A program made the position numbers and the translations under genes. Shown here piece after piece: positions 25,611 to 34,770 of a stretch of DNA of 39,468 bases (position 1 is its first letter; the number at the start of each line of letters is the position of its first letter). The stretch comes from Candidatus Binatia bacterium (GTDB lineage Bacteria > Desulfobacterota > Binatia > UBA1149 > CAITLU01). The stretch is from the NCBI GenBank assembly GCA_046261745.1, contig JBHEOD010000004.1, forward strand, positions 2,528 through 41,995, given 5' to 3'. The notes below the pieces were generated by a model. That model was not told the origin of the DNA. It saw nothing but the letters and a program-made list of their open reading frames with translations, and did no database searches.

Positions 25611-26027
25611 TCACGAGAAGACGACAACGGCCGACCCGGGCGTCGTCTTTTTCCCTTCGGCATTCTCGACCCAGACGTCGAGTTCGACGACCCTCTGGCC
25701 TGCGTCAGTCGTCTTTTTCTTCTTCACCACGCCCTTGCAGACGAACTCCTTGTCGGGAAGGTCCATGCCGCGGTACTGGCACGACAGCTTGCGGATGCGT
25801 CCGTCGTGCCCGAGCCAGTTCGACACCAGTTCGCCGAGCGATGCGTACTTGAAGCGCCCGTGCACGATGATCGAGCCGATCTGCCTGGCCTGCGCAAAGT
25901 TGTAGTCGTGGTGAAGGGGGTTGAAGTCGCCGCCTCCGGCCGAGTACTTCACGAGAGTCTGCAGCGTGGGGGTCTTGCGCAGTTCCGGAAGCGTGTCGCC
26001 TTCGTTGATGTCATCGAATCGGGGCAT
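25611..26027 (-). CDS. MaoC-like (R)-hydratase/dehydratase, catalytic subunit
   Basis: YSAGGGDFNPLHHD (D-x4-H hydratase 2 motif) and IIVHG. Confidence 0.85.
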   Translation of the reverse strand: MPRFDDINEGDTLPELRKTPTLQTLVKYSAGGGDFNPLHHDYNFAQARQIGSIIVHGRFKYASLGELVSNWLGHDGRIRKLSCQYRGMDLPDKEFVCKGVVKKKKTTDAGQRVVELDVWVENAEGKKTTPGSAVVVFS

Positions 26028-26100
26028 GAGAGAATCCTTTGCTTTTCCGACAGCGAAAGTTCCTTGCGGGCGCGAGCCGAATTCGCCCGGCCGGGAGTCG

Positions 26101-26144
26101 AGGATCGGAAGATCCTCAGTAGAGGATCAGAAGCTCCTCAGTAG
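26101..26144. repeat. 22 bp tandem duplication spanning the stop codon of the upstream MaoC gene
   Basis: AGGATCGGAAGATCCTCAGTAG followed by AGGATCAGAAGCTCCTCAGTAG (20/22 identical). Confidence 0.55.
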
Positions 26145-26635
26145 TAAATGACCTGCGAGGTTTGGCGCGCAGCAACCTTGCCGGTGAACTTGTCGGCGTA
26201 AGTCGTCACGATCGTCATCACGAGCATCTTGCCGCCCAGGGCCGCGCTGGAGGCAACCTTCATGTCCTCGAGTCGCTGCACGGCCACCAGCGTGTCGCCG
26301 GCGCAGATGTCCTCGAGGTATTCGGTCTCGGTGCCGCCGTCGAGCAGACCCTTGAGACCGTGCTTTACCGAAGGAATGCCCTCGGTGGGACCACTGAACG
26401 TATCGCTGCAGCGTCCGGGCAGGAAGACCGCCGTTCCGAGGTAGGTCGGAGGCGCCGGAAGGCTCCGGTAGCCGGCGTTCCTGGCCGCGTCGAGGTCGAA
26501 GTAGACGGGATCGGTGTAGCCGACCCCGCGCGCGAACATTCGCACGCTGGTGGTGGTCACCTCGAAATCCCACGGCGGGGATTCCTTGCCGATTTGGGAC
26601 TTCATGTCGGCGGACAGTTCGATGCTCTCGGCCAC
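26138..26635 (-). CDS. MaoC N-terminal-type hot-dog protein (HadA-like partner subunit)
   Basis: GTG 26635 after GAGGAG. VRMFARGVG..DPVYFD..AARNAGY..LPAPPT, LLDGGTETEY...AGDTL. Confidence 0.8.
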   Translation of the reverse strand: MAESIELSADMKSQIGKESPPWDFEVTTTSVRMFARGVGYTDPVYFDLDAARNAGYRSLPAPPTYLGTAVFLPGRCSDTFSGPTEGIPSVKHGLKGLLDGGTETEYLEDICAGDTLVAVQRLEDMKVASSAALGGKMLVMTIVTTYADKFTGKVAARQTSQVIYY

Positions 26636-26840
26636 GGGTTGCTCCTCAATTGCTCCTGGCCGGATGGTCCGGCGGGAGCAGCGGCCGCACGGTGGGGCGG
26701 CGGCAGGCGAAGTGAAGCAGCCGGGGTTGGGGAGAGCAACGGGACGGTGTGCCGCCGGCAGGGTCGCTGCCCGCGTCTTTTGGAGGCAGGGAGGCCGCGT
26801 GCACGCCAGCGGCTCGCTTTCCCCGCACTGCTCCGGTAAC

Positions 26841-26854
26841 TGCAAGATCGTGCA
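26841..26854. promoter_or_regulatory. Second copy of the TGCAAG-nn-CtTGC operator-like motif
   Basis: TGCAAGATCGTGCA, ending 41 nt before the SCP2-thiolase ATG; compare TGCAAGGTCTTGCC at 2302-2315. Confidence 0.35.
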
Positions 26855-26895
26855 CCGCCGCGGAGGCGGGAGCCAACCGCTTAAGGAGACAACCC

Positions 26896-28083
26896 ATGGG
26901 CAGGAAAGTATTCGTCGTCGGCGTCGGAATGACCAAGTTCGAGAAGCCCGGATCCAAGGCCTGGGACTATCCCGACATGGCACGGGAGGCCGGCACCAAG
27001 GCATTGGCCGACGCGGGCCTCAGCTTCGACAAGATCGAACAGGTGGCGGTCGGCTACTGCTACGGCGACTCCACCGCCGGCCAGCGCGCCGTCTACGAGC
27101 TCGGCATCACCGGTGTGCCCATCTACAACGTCAACAACAACTGTTCGACGGGATCGACGGCGTTGTTCATGGCGAAGCAGTTCATCGAAGGCGGCCTGGC
27201 CGACTGCACGATGGCTCTCGGTTTCGAGAAAATGGAGAAGGGGTCCTTGGGCATGAAGTTCCAGGACCGCACCAACCCGATGGACAAGCACTTCGGTGAG
27301 ATGGTGAAGCTGCGCGGTTTCGCCAATGCCCCCGGCGCTCCGCAGTTCTTCGGCAACGCCGGCATCGAACACATGGAGAAGTACGGCACCACGGCCGAAT
27401 CCTTCGCCCGCATCGGCGCGAAGAATCACAAGCACTCCGTCAACAACCCCTACTCGCAGTTCCGCGACGAATACTCGCTCCAGGACATTCTCAACTCGCC
27501 GACGGTCTACGGACCGCTGACCAAGCTGCAGTGCTGCCCGACGTCGGACGGCTCCGGCGCCGCCATCCTCGCGAGCGAAGACTTCGTAAAGAAACACGGA
27601 CTCGAGAAAACCGCCGTCGAGATCGCCGGCATGGCGATGGCCACCGACTTCCCGTCCACCTTCGACGAGTCGTCCTGCATCAAGCTCGTCGGCTCGGACA
27701 TGACGCGCAAGGCGGCCGAAAAGGTCTATGCGCAGGCTGGAATGGGTCCCGACGACGTGCAGGTGGTCGAGCTTCACGACTGCTTCTCCTGCAATGAACT
27801 GATCACTTACGAGGGCCTCGGCCTTTGCGAGGAAGGAAAGGGCGGTGAGCTGATCGACAGCGGTGCGGTGACGTACGGCGGCAAGTGGGTCGTCAATCCG
27901 TCCGGCGGCCTGATCTCCAAAGGCCACCCGCTCGGCGCCACCGGCCTCGCGCAGTGCGCCGAGCTCAACTGGCAGCTTCGCGGCGAGGCCGACAAGCGCC
28001 AGGTAGAAGGCGCGAAGGTGGCGCTGCAGCACAACCTCGGTCTCGGCGGTGCGGCCGTCGTGGCCATGTACCGAAGGGACTGA
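26896..28083 (+). CDS. SCP2/SCPx-type thiolase (lipid-transfer protein, Ltp1-like)
   Basis: AAGGAG RBS, ATG 26896. [46 protein letters not shown]. Confidence 0.92.
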   Translation: MGRKVFVVGVGMTKFEKPGSKAWDYPDMAREAGTKALADAGLSFDKIEQVAVGYCYGDSTAGQRAVYELGITGVPIYNVNNNCSTGSTALFMAKQFIEGGLADCTMALGFEKMEKGSLGMKFQDRTNPMDKHFGEMVKLRGFANAPGAPQFFGNAGIEHMEKYGTTAESFARIGAKNHKHSVNNPYSQFRDEYSLQDILNSPTVYGPLTKLQCCPTSDGSGAAILASEDFVKKHGLEKTAVEIAGMAMATDFPSTFDESSCIKLVGSDMTRKAAEKVYAQAGMGPDDVQVVELHDCFSCNELITYEGLGLCEEGKGGELIDSGAVTYGGKWVVNPSGGLISKGHPLGATGLAQCAELNWQLRGEADKRQVEGAKVALQHNLGLGGAAVVAMYRRD

Positions 28084-28086
28084 GGC

Positions 28087-28773
28087 ATGGCCGAGCTCGA
28101 CCTGACTCGTGATGGAGACATCTTCGTGCTTCGCATGAAGAGCGGGGAGAATCGCTTCAACCCCGACTTCCTCGCCGCAATGCACGGTGCACTCGACGAG
28201 GTGGAAGCGAGCCGCGGCGCGGCTGCGCTGGTCACGACGGGGGAGGGGAAGTTCTACTCGAACGGCCTCGACCTCGACTGGCTCTCGCAGCAGGAGCACG
28301 CCGACGCGATGAAATTCATCGGCACCGTGCTGGCGCTCTTCGCGCGCATCGTCGCGTTCCCGATGGCGACGGCGGCGGCCTGCAACGGACACGTGTTCGC
28401 CGGCGGAGCGATGCTCGCGCTGGCCCACGACTGGCGCGTGATGCGCAGCGACCGCGGCTTCTTCTGCCTGCCCGAGCTCGATCTCGGGATGCCTCTTCCG
28501 GTGGGCATGCGCTCGCTGATCAAGGAAAAGCTCGATCCGCGCGTGTTCCGCGACACGATCCTGACGGCAGGACGTTTCGGGGCCGAGGACTGCGTGCGGC
28601 TCGGCATCGTCGACCAGGCGGCGGCCGAGGCCGACGTGTTGGCCTCGACTGTGGAGCGGCTGCGGCCGCTGGCCGGCAAGAGCCGTGAAGCATTCAAGGC
28701 GCTCAAGCGCGGGATGTACGCAGAACTGCTCGAAGACCTGACGGGACCTCGAGCGGTGGCGATTCCGCAGTAG
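28087..28773 (+). CDS. Enoyl-CoA hydratase/isomerase (Delta3-Delta2 isomerase-like)
   Basis: ENRFNP, KFYSNGLDL, NGHVFAGGAMLALAHDWRVMRSDRGFFCLPELDLG. Confidence 0.88.
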   Translation: MAELDLTRDGDIFVLRMKSGENRFNPDFLAAMHGALDEVEASRGAAALVTTGEGKFYSNGLDLDWLSQQEHADAMKFIGTVLALFARIVAFPMATAAACNGHVFAGGAMLALAHDWRVMRSDRGFFCLPELDLGMPLPVGMRSLIKEKLDPRVFRDTILTAGRFGAEDCVRLGIVDQAAAEADVLASTVERLRPLAGKSREAFKALKRGMYAELLEDLTGPRAVAIPQ

Positions 28774-28803
28774 CTTCGAAAGAAAAACGAAGGTCGAATG
28801 AAC

Positions 28804-28838
28804 AAAGGCCCGGCGTGCCCATGCACGCCGGGCCTTTT
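28804..28838. terminator. Bidirectional intrinsic terminator
   Basis: AAAGGCCCGGCGTGC-CCAT-GCACGCCGGGCCTTT(T), a 15 bp stem with A/T tails between convergent genes. Confidence 0.8.
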
Positions 28839-28848
28839 CTGTCCGTGT

Positions 28849-29775
28849 TCAGCGCTGGTGCACCATCGGCAGGCCCGCCACCGGACTGCGCGCATGCAGC
28901 ACGTAGTCCGACACGATGCTTCCGATGTAGAGGTCGCGCATGTCGGCCCCGCCCCACGTCACGTTGGTCGGATGATTGACGAGCGTGCCGGTCGGATCCT
29001 CGATGATGGTGACGACTTCTCCGCTCGGCCGGATCGCGACCACCTTGTTCGCGGTGACCAGAGTCACCCAGAGGTTTCCCTCCACATCGAAGCCGCAGCC
29101 ATCGGTGAGACCGAGCGTGCGCATGACCTCAGGCTCGGGCGGACTTCCAGTGTCGGGAATTTGCGCCCCGAGCTGCGGACCGTAGGCCTCGGGCGCCCCG
29201 AGAGAGCCATCCTCGCGAATCGCAAAGCGCAGCACGTTGCAGCCCGTCGTCTGGCACACGTAGACGTACGACTCGTCCACATCGAGCGCGATGCCGTTGG
29301 CAAACTGGATGCCGCGCGCGAGCACCTTCGCAGATCCGTCCGGAGCGACCCGGAAAAGGTAGCCGTCGGCGCGGCCGTCGAGCGCGAGTTCCCACGGGTC
29401 GGCTTCCGTCGAGTTCGTGCACCAGATGTTGCCGCGGCTGTCGACTTGCGGGTAGTTCGCGTGCGCGACTCTCACGCCGTCGATCTCGGAGACGATCGTG
29501 GTGACTTCGCCGGTGGTCACGTCGAGGCGCTGGAGCGGTCCGTCGAGGAAGTTCGCGATCAAGATGTTGCCGTCTCGGTCCATGTTGATGCCGTTGGGGG
29601 CGCCGCCGGCCTTGCCGATGCGCCGCAGGCTGCCGTCGGGGAGGATCTCGGCGCACGCGCTCTGCTGGTCGGACGCCCAGACCCGTCCGTCGCGGGAAAC
29701 GACCACGTCCTCGGGGCGAACGAGCCCGAGGCCGGCTTTGCGCAGGGAGGAGAGGGGAATGGGCTGAAGGGGCAT
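28849..29775 (-). CDS. SMP-30/gluconolactonase/LRE family beta-propeller protein
   Basis: ATG 29775 after AGGAG. RPEDV, APNGI, HANY, FANGIAL, TDGCGFDVEGNLWV, PTNVTWGG. Confidence 0.88.
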   Translation of the reverse strand: MPLQPIPLSSLRKAGLGLVRPEDVVVSRDGRVWASDQQSACAEILPDGSLRRIGKAGGAPNGINMDRDGNILIANFLDGPLQRLDVTTGEVTTIVSEIDGVRVAHANYPQVDSRGNIWCTNSTEADPWELALDGRADGYLFRVAPDGSAKVLARGIQFANGIALDVDESYVYVCQTTGCNVLRFAIREDGSLGAPEAYGPQLGAQIPDTGSPPEPEVMRTLGLTDGCGFDVEGNLWVTLVTANKVVAIRPSGEVVTIIEDPTGTLVNHPTNVTWGGADMRDLYIGSIVSDYVLHARSPVAGLPMVHQR

Positions 29776-29844
29776 CGCGGTCTCCTGGGGATCGCGCCGT
29801 CGTGCGGCGCTGTTGCTTGGTGAAGACCTCTGCATAAAAGGCCC

Positions 29845-30876
29845 ATGGTGGACGCCATCTCCCAGACTTGCGGAAACGACAACCGCGCGGGGGAAGCTGC
29901 CGTGGCGGCGAAGTGCTTCTCCCGCATCGTCGTGCTCGACGGCGCTACTCTGGATCCCGGCGACAATCCCTGGGACGAGATCGCGGCGCTCGGCCCCCTC
30001 GAGGTTCACGCCCGCACGCCCCCCGCCCTCGTGCTGGAACGGGCGCGCGGCGCCGACGTGATCCTCACGAACAAGACCGTTCTCGATGACGTGACGCTGG
30101 CTGAGCTTCCGGACCTGCGACTGCTCGGGGTGCTGGCGACCGGCGTCAACGTGGTGGACGTGGCCGCGGCCACGCGTCAAGGCATCACGGTCTGCAACGT
30201 TCCCGGCTACTCCGCCTACTCCGTGCCCCAGCACGTGTTCGCGCTGCTTCTCGAGCTGACCAACGCGGTGGGCGAACATGCAAACGCGGTACGGGGCGAC
30301 GAGTGGGCGCGGGCGGTCGATTTCTCGTTCTGGAAACGACCGCTGACCGAACTGGCCGGCAAGACGATCGGCATCATCGGCCACGGCCGCATCGGCGCCC
30401 GCGTGGGAGAGATCGCCCATGCACTCGGAATGAAGGTGCTCGCGTACAGCCCGAGCCGGAGCAACGGCGCGGGCTACGACGGTTTTGCGTGGGCTTCCAT
30501 CGCAGAGATCTTCGCCACCGCCGACGTAGTCACGCTGCATTGCCCGCTGACGAACGACAACGTGCGCTTCGTCAACTCCGACCTGCTGTCGACGATGCGC
30601 GACGGAAGCATCCTGGTGAACACCGCCCGCGGGGACCTCGTTGACGAAGCCGCGCTGGTGGATGCCCTGAACGCAGGGCGCCCGTCCGCCGCTGCCCTTG
30701 ACGTGCTCTCGCAGGAACCGCCGCCGACGGGCCATCCGCTAGCAACGCATCGCCGCTGCATCGTCACGCCGCACATAGCATGGGCGACGCTCGCCGCACG
30801 AAAGCGCGTGATGACGATCACTGCCGCCAACATTCGCACCTTCGCCGAGGGCTGTCCGCAAAACACCGTGCGCTGA
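29845..30876 (+). CDS. D-2-hydroxyacid dehydrogenase (glycerate dehydrogenase/hydroxypyruvate reductase-like); start uncertain
   Basis: IVVLDGATLDPGD, LATGVNVVD, GIIGHGRIG, LHCPLT, NTARG, LDVLSQEPP, TPHIAW. Confidence 0.9.
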   Translation: MVDAISQTCGNDNRAGEAAVAAKCFSRIVVLDGATLDPGDNPWDEIAALGPLEVHARTPPALVLERARGADVILTNKTVLDDVTLAELPDLRLLGVLATGVNVVDVAAATRQGITVCNVPGYSAYSVPQHVFALLLELTNAVGEHANAVRGDEWARAVDFSFWKRPLTELAGKTIGIIGHGRIGARVGEIAHALGMKVLAYSPSRSNGAGYDGFAWASIAEIFATADVVTLHCPLTNDNVRFVNSDLLSTMRDGSILVNTARGDLVDEAALVDALNAGRPSAAALDVLSQEPPPTGHPLATHRRCIVTPHIAWATLAARKRVMTITAANIRTFAEGCPQNTVR

Positions 30877-30896
30877 GCGCAACCGAGGAGACGTTC

Positions 30897-31277
30897 ATGG
30901 CCGACCGAACCACGAAAGCGCCCAAGACCTACGATTCGTTCGTGCAGGAATTTCCCCGCCTCGGCGAAGCGTGGGAGTCGATGCGCCGGGCAGAGGAGGA
31001 AGGCCCCTTCGACAGGCGGACCATCCGGCTGCTCAAGCTCGCCGTCGCCGTCGGCTCCGGCAAGGAGGGCCCGGTTCATTCGAGCGTGCGCAAGGCAAGG
31101 TCGGCCGGCGTGAGCGACGCGGAGATCCGTCACGTCGTCGCGCTCGCAGCCAGTACCATCGGGCTGCCTCCGGCCGTCGCAGCCTACTCGTGGGTGATCG
31201 AAGAACTCGCGAAAGGCGACGCGAGAAAGACAGACGGAGCAGTGGAAACTGTGGACAACGGCACGCGCAACGCTTGA
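30897..31277 (+). CDS. Carboxymuconolactone decarboxylase/AhpD-like family protein
   Basis: GAGGAG RBS, ATG 30897. RLLKLAVAVG..EGPVHSSVRKA..AGVSDAEIRHVV...TIGLP; no CxxC. Confidence 0.8.
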   Translation: MADRTTKAPKTYDSFVQEFPRLGEAWESMRRAEEEGPFDRRTIRLLKLAVAVGSGKEGPVHSSVRKARSAGVSDAEIRHVVALAASTIGLPPAVAAYSWVIEELAKGDARKTDGAVETVDNGTRNA

Positions 31278-31302
31278 CCGCTGCGGCGTCGCCGCGTACA
31301 AA
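31274..31302 (+). promoter_or_regulatory. Putative sigma70 promoter for the leader-MFS transcript
   Basis: TTGACC (31274-31279), 17 nt spacer, TACAAA (31297-31302). Confidence 0.55.
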
Positions 31303-31313
31303 CGACGCTCATC

Positions 31314-31397
31314 ATGTTCGCCGCCTTTATTACGAACCTTCCGGTAACGTCCAAGCGCATGCGTTGGCATGGCGCCAAGGCGTTGCGGTTCGTTTGA
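31314..31397 (+). CDS. Putative 27-aa leader peptide MFAAFITNLPVTSKRMRWHGAKALRFV
   Basis: ATG 11 nt after the -10 box; TGA at 31395-31397. Its last codons form one arm of an alternative hairpin. Below the ORF-track length cutoff. Confidence 0.5.
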   Translation: MFAAFITNLPVTSKRMRWHGAKALRFV

Positions 31398-31513
31398 AGC
31401 GCTGAGCTCCAGGAACCGCAACCCTTCGCCGACGCCGGCCGAAGGTTGAAGCGGTTCTCCTCCTCTCCTCCCGCTTTCTCTCTCCGGTTCCGGCTTCGGC
31501 GCGGAGAGAGGCC
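31382..31513 (+). promoter_or_regulatory. Putative ribosome-dependent attenuator (alternative hairpins, anti-SD stem)
   Basis: 31382-31391 pairs with 31413-31422 (10 bp); 31413-31428 can instead pair with 31440-31457; CTCTCTCCG (31478-31486) pairs with CGGAGAGAG (31502-31510), covering the SD. Confidence 0.6.
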
Positions 31514-32734
31514 ATGCGAGAAACGATAGTCCCGACAAGCATTTCCGCGGCAATCCCGTTCGTGGACACGTCCACGCGCACCGCGCTGTGGTCGCCCGCC
31601 TTCGTGCGCCTGCTGCTCGCCGGCAGCGCGTACGGCTTCGCCTTCTCGAGCTTTCACCTGATGCCCAAGTATCTCGCGGTCGAGTTCGGTGCTTCGCCGT
31701 CGGCGATCGGCTGGTCGGCGGGTGTCTTCGGCATCGCGTCAGTCCTCACCAGCGTGCTGGTGGGAGCCTGGATCGATCGCGTGTCGCGCCGGAGCATGTT
31801 CGCGGCGTCCGCGTTCCTGCTAGCGGCGACCTCGATCGGTTTCGCATTCGTTGACGCGATGGGACCGGCCGTGTTCGTGCTGCGTGCGCTGCAGGGTGTC
31901 GCATTCACGATGCAGATGGCCTCGTTCTCGACACTCGTGGCCGAGCTCGCGCCGGCCGCTCGCCTCGGCGAAGCGGTCGGTCTGGCCGGCAGCAGCATGC
32001 TGATCATGAACGCGATTGCGCCGGCCATCGACGAACCGCTCGCGCGCGCCGCCGGCTGGCCTGCCGCCTACCTGCTGGCGGCCCTGGCATCGCTGGCGTC
32101 AGCTGCGCTGGTGCTCGAGACGCGCACGAAGAGGCGCGTGCTGCGCGCCGGCAACGGCTCGCTGGTCGCGGTGCTGCGCCGCCCGACCACACGCGTGTAC
32201 TGCGGCGTCACGTTCCTGACATCGATCGCGTTCGCCACCATGTTCACGTTCCTTCAGCCGGCGGCCCTCGCCGCCGGATACCGGGACGTCGGATCCTTCT
32301 TTGTGGCGTATGCGGCAGCGGCCTGCGCGGTGAGGCTTCTGGCCGGCTGGCTGCCCGATCGGTACGGACGCCGGCGCGTCGCGATCTGGGCGCTGGTGCC
32401 GTACGCGGCGGTGGTGGCCTACGTGGCGGGCTTTGGTCCCACGTCCCTCGTTGCGATCGGCGCGGTGTTCGGGTTCGCGCACGGCGTGTTCTTTCCCGCG
32501 CTCAATGCGCTGGCCATCGAGAGAACCTTGGTGGACGAGCGCGGCCGCTTGCTGACGGTGTTCGCGGGCACCTTCAACCTGGGAGCGTGGGGTGGGGCGG
32601 CCGTGCTGGGACCGGTGGTGGAGACCTGGGGCTACGGCGCGGTGTTTGCGATCGGCGCGGCGTGCGCCGTCGCCGCCCTGGTGGTGCTCGCCCGCACGAG
32701 TGGTTTTACGCTGCCTGAAGAAGCAGTGGCGTGA
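31514..32734 (+). CDS. MFS transporter
   Basis: About 12 hydrophobic segments; motif A in GAWIDRVSRR and GWLPDRYGRR; LRALQG. Confidence 0.9.
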   Translation: MRETIVPTSISAAIPFVDTSTRTALWSPAFVRLLLAGSAYGFAFSSFHLMPKYLAVEFGASPSAIGWSAGVFGIASVLTSVLVGAWIDRVSRRSMFAASAFLLAATSIGFAFVDAMGPAVFVLRALQGVAFTMQMASFSTLVAELAPAARLGEAVGLAGSSMLIMNAIAPAIDEPLARAAGWPAAYLLAALASLASAALVLETRTKRRVLRAGNGSLVAVLRRPTTRVYCGVTFLTSIAFATMFTFLQPAALAAGYRDVGSFFVAYAAAACAVRLLAGWLPDRYGRRRVAIWALVPYAAVVAYVAGFGPTSLVAIGAVFGFAHGVFFPALNALAIERTLVDERGRLLTVFAGTFNLGAWGGAAVLGPVVETWGYGAVFAIGAACAVAALVVLARTSGFTLPEEAVA

Positions 32735-32770
32735 AGTCGCGCGAGTGGCAGACTGCCGAAATGCAGGCTG

Positions 32771-33292
32771 CTACGCGCGCGGCGCGCTCGCCCAACCGCC
32801 CTGCGTGCGGTTCCATTCCTCGACCATGCGCTCGGCGCTGGCGGCGTCGTCCGGACCAAGAGGCCGCGCCTGGAACGTGATTTCGAGCAGCAGCCCGTTG
32901 GGATCCGGGAAATAGATCGATTTCCAGATGCCGCCATGGTCGACGACAGCGCTGACGTCGACGCCTTCGCGGCGAAGGCGGGAGCGCCAGTCGAGCATCT
33001 CCTGCTCGGTGTCGACGCCGAATGCGACGTGGCGCGTGAACACCGGCGCGCCGTCCTTGTTCGGCTTGGGCCGGAAGCCCGGAATCTCGAAGAACGCGAT
33101 GCATTCGCCGCTCGTCGTGCTGAAGAACGTGTGGATGTGGGGATGGTCTTCCTCGGTCGTGCCTGCGACGTCGGGGCGTACGGCTCCGACCAGCTTCATG
33201 CCGAGGACTTCGGTGTAGAAGCGGCAGGTCGCGGCGGTGTCCATCGTCGGAAACGCAATGTGGTTGAAGTGGCGTGCGGGGCGAAGCTCCAT
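32771..33292 (-). CDS. VOC/glyoxalase family protein
   Basis: FNHIAF...FYTEVLGMKL, HIHTFF, RHVAF, SIYFPDPNGLLLEIT; AAGGAG RBS. Confidence 0.88.
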   Translation of the reverse strand: MELRPARHFNHIAFPTMDTAATCRFYTEVLGMKLVGAVRPDVAGTTEEDHPHIHTFFSTTSGECIAFFEIPGFRPKPNKDGAPVFTRHVAFGVDTEQEMLDWRSRLRREGVDVSAVVDHGGIWKSIYFPDPNGLLLEITFQARPLGPDDAASAERMVEEWNRTQGGWASAPRA

Positions 33293-33307
33293 TGGGGACT
33301 CCTTCGG

Positions 33308-34729
33308 TCAGGTTCCGAGGACGCGAATGTAGTCGGCTCGGATGGCTTCGATGCGTTCCTCGAGATCGTCGTGGTTCCAGTTGGTGGTTGGTACGGGCGG
33401 CAGCACCGTGACGGCCACGCTCGCCGGGCGAATGATGACGCCGTGCTTGGGCAGGGCATCGATCGAGTTGTGAATCACGATCGGCACGACGGGCACGCCG
33501 CCGGCCATCGCCATGCGAAAGGCACCTTTCTTGAAGTGTCCGAGCCGCGGCCCGAGGCTGCGCGTGCCTTCCGGCGCGATTGCGATCGAAAGGCCCCGGC
33601 GCAGCGCCTCAACCGCCGGCTCGAGTGCCTTGATCGCCTCCGCGTGATTGAAGCGGTCGATGAAAATGGTGCCGGCCAGTTCGAAGAGCTGTCCGAGCAC
33701 CGGAATCCCACGCACCTCCTGCTTGCTGATGCCGACGAAGTCGCGGCGAAGCAGCTTGCAGATCAACAACGGATCGATGCCGCTCTGGTGATTGAAGATG
33801 AACACGGCCGGCCGTTTCGACCACAGGTGCTCCTCGCCCTCGACCGTCACGTGAATGCCGGCCAGCGCGGTTCCGAGCTCGCCCCACGTCGTGGCGGCGA
33901 GGTTCACGGCCTGGCGAAGATCGCCGTCGAGAATCGCCGCCGGCAGCCCGAGCAGAAAGGACGGCACCACGCTCGCCATCGACAGCGAGCTGCGTACGAT
34001 GTCTGTCACGCTGGGCAATCCGCGACTCGAGAACGTACGAGCCGGCCAGATACGCTTGGCAGCGATCGACTGCAGGCGGCGCGAAGGATTGATCGGGCGC
34101 GGCTTGCCGACCATCAGCAGCAGCGGCAGGTCCTCGTCGCTGTCGGTGTAGAAATAGCTGTCGCCGAGTGCGATGCCGCGCTGGTTCGCGAAGAGCTGGG
34201 CGGCATCCGCCTTGCCTTGGCCGTAGCAGGCGGGCCGGACGATGTCGCCGGTGAGCTTGCCTTCCTTCACTTCGAGCTCGGTACAGAACACGTGCTCGAT
34301 GCCGAGCTCGCGGGCCACGGGCGCAACCTGGGAGCGCGTGGCCGACGAGATCACGGCCAGCGAGTGCCCCTTGGCACGATGCGCATCGACGAGCGCGCGT
34401 GATTCGGGGTAGATGCTGGCCGCGATGCTGCTTCCGAAGATGCGCTCGCCGATGGCTTCGAATTCGGCCTCGGACAGCCCGCGGACCATCGCGAGGCTCT
34501 CGGAAACGAAGGCCGAGAAGTTTTTCTGCCCGAGCTGGAACGCGGTGCCGGCCGCCAGCGCGGCGGCGATGTCGGTCGGTGCTGCGCGTCCACTTGTCAG
34601 CCATTCGCGCACGAAGGCGCCAGCGGAGAAACCCGCGATGAGGGTGCGGTCGAGGTCGAAGAACGCGCCGATCGCGGGGCCGGAAGGGCCTTCGTCGATC
34701 TCGCGGGTGAGGATGCCGTGATTGGTCAT
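33308..34729 (-). CDS. plsC: Bifunctional HAD-IB hydrolase / 1-acylglycerol-3-phosphate acyltransferase (Rv2483c-like)
   Basis: HAD motifs FFDLDRTL, ISSAT, GKA, YTDSDED; acyltransferase motifs NHQSGID, FIDR, PEGTRS. Confidence 0.88.
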   Translation of the reverse strand: MTNHGILTREIDEGPSGPAIGAFFDLDRTLIAGFSAGAFVREWLTSGRAAPTDIAAALAAGTAFQLGQKNFSAFVSESLAMVRGLSEAEFEAIGERIFGSSIAASIYPESRALVDAHRAKGHSLAVISSATRSQVAPVARELGIEHVFCTELEVKEGKLTGDIVRPACYGQGKADAAQLFANQRGIALGDSYFYTDSDEDLPLLLMVGKPRPINPSRRLQSIAAKRIWPARTFSSRGLPSVTDIVRSSLSMASVVPSFLLGLPAAILDGDLRQAVNLAATTWGELGTALAGIHVTVEGEEHLWSKRPAVFIFNHQSGIDPLLICKLLRRDFVGISKQEVRGIPVLGQLFELAGTIFIDRFNHAEAIKALEPAVEALRRGLSIAIAPEGTRSLGPRLGHFKKGAFRMAMAGGVPVVPIVIHNSIDALPKHGVIIRPASVAVTVLPPVPTTNWNHDDLEERIEAIRADYIRVLGT

Positions 34730-34770
34730 GGCCGGGGCGCGGACCATAGCACACGAACGCGTGCGTTGCG

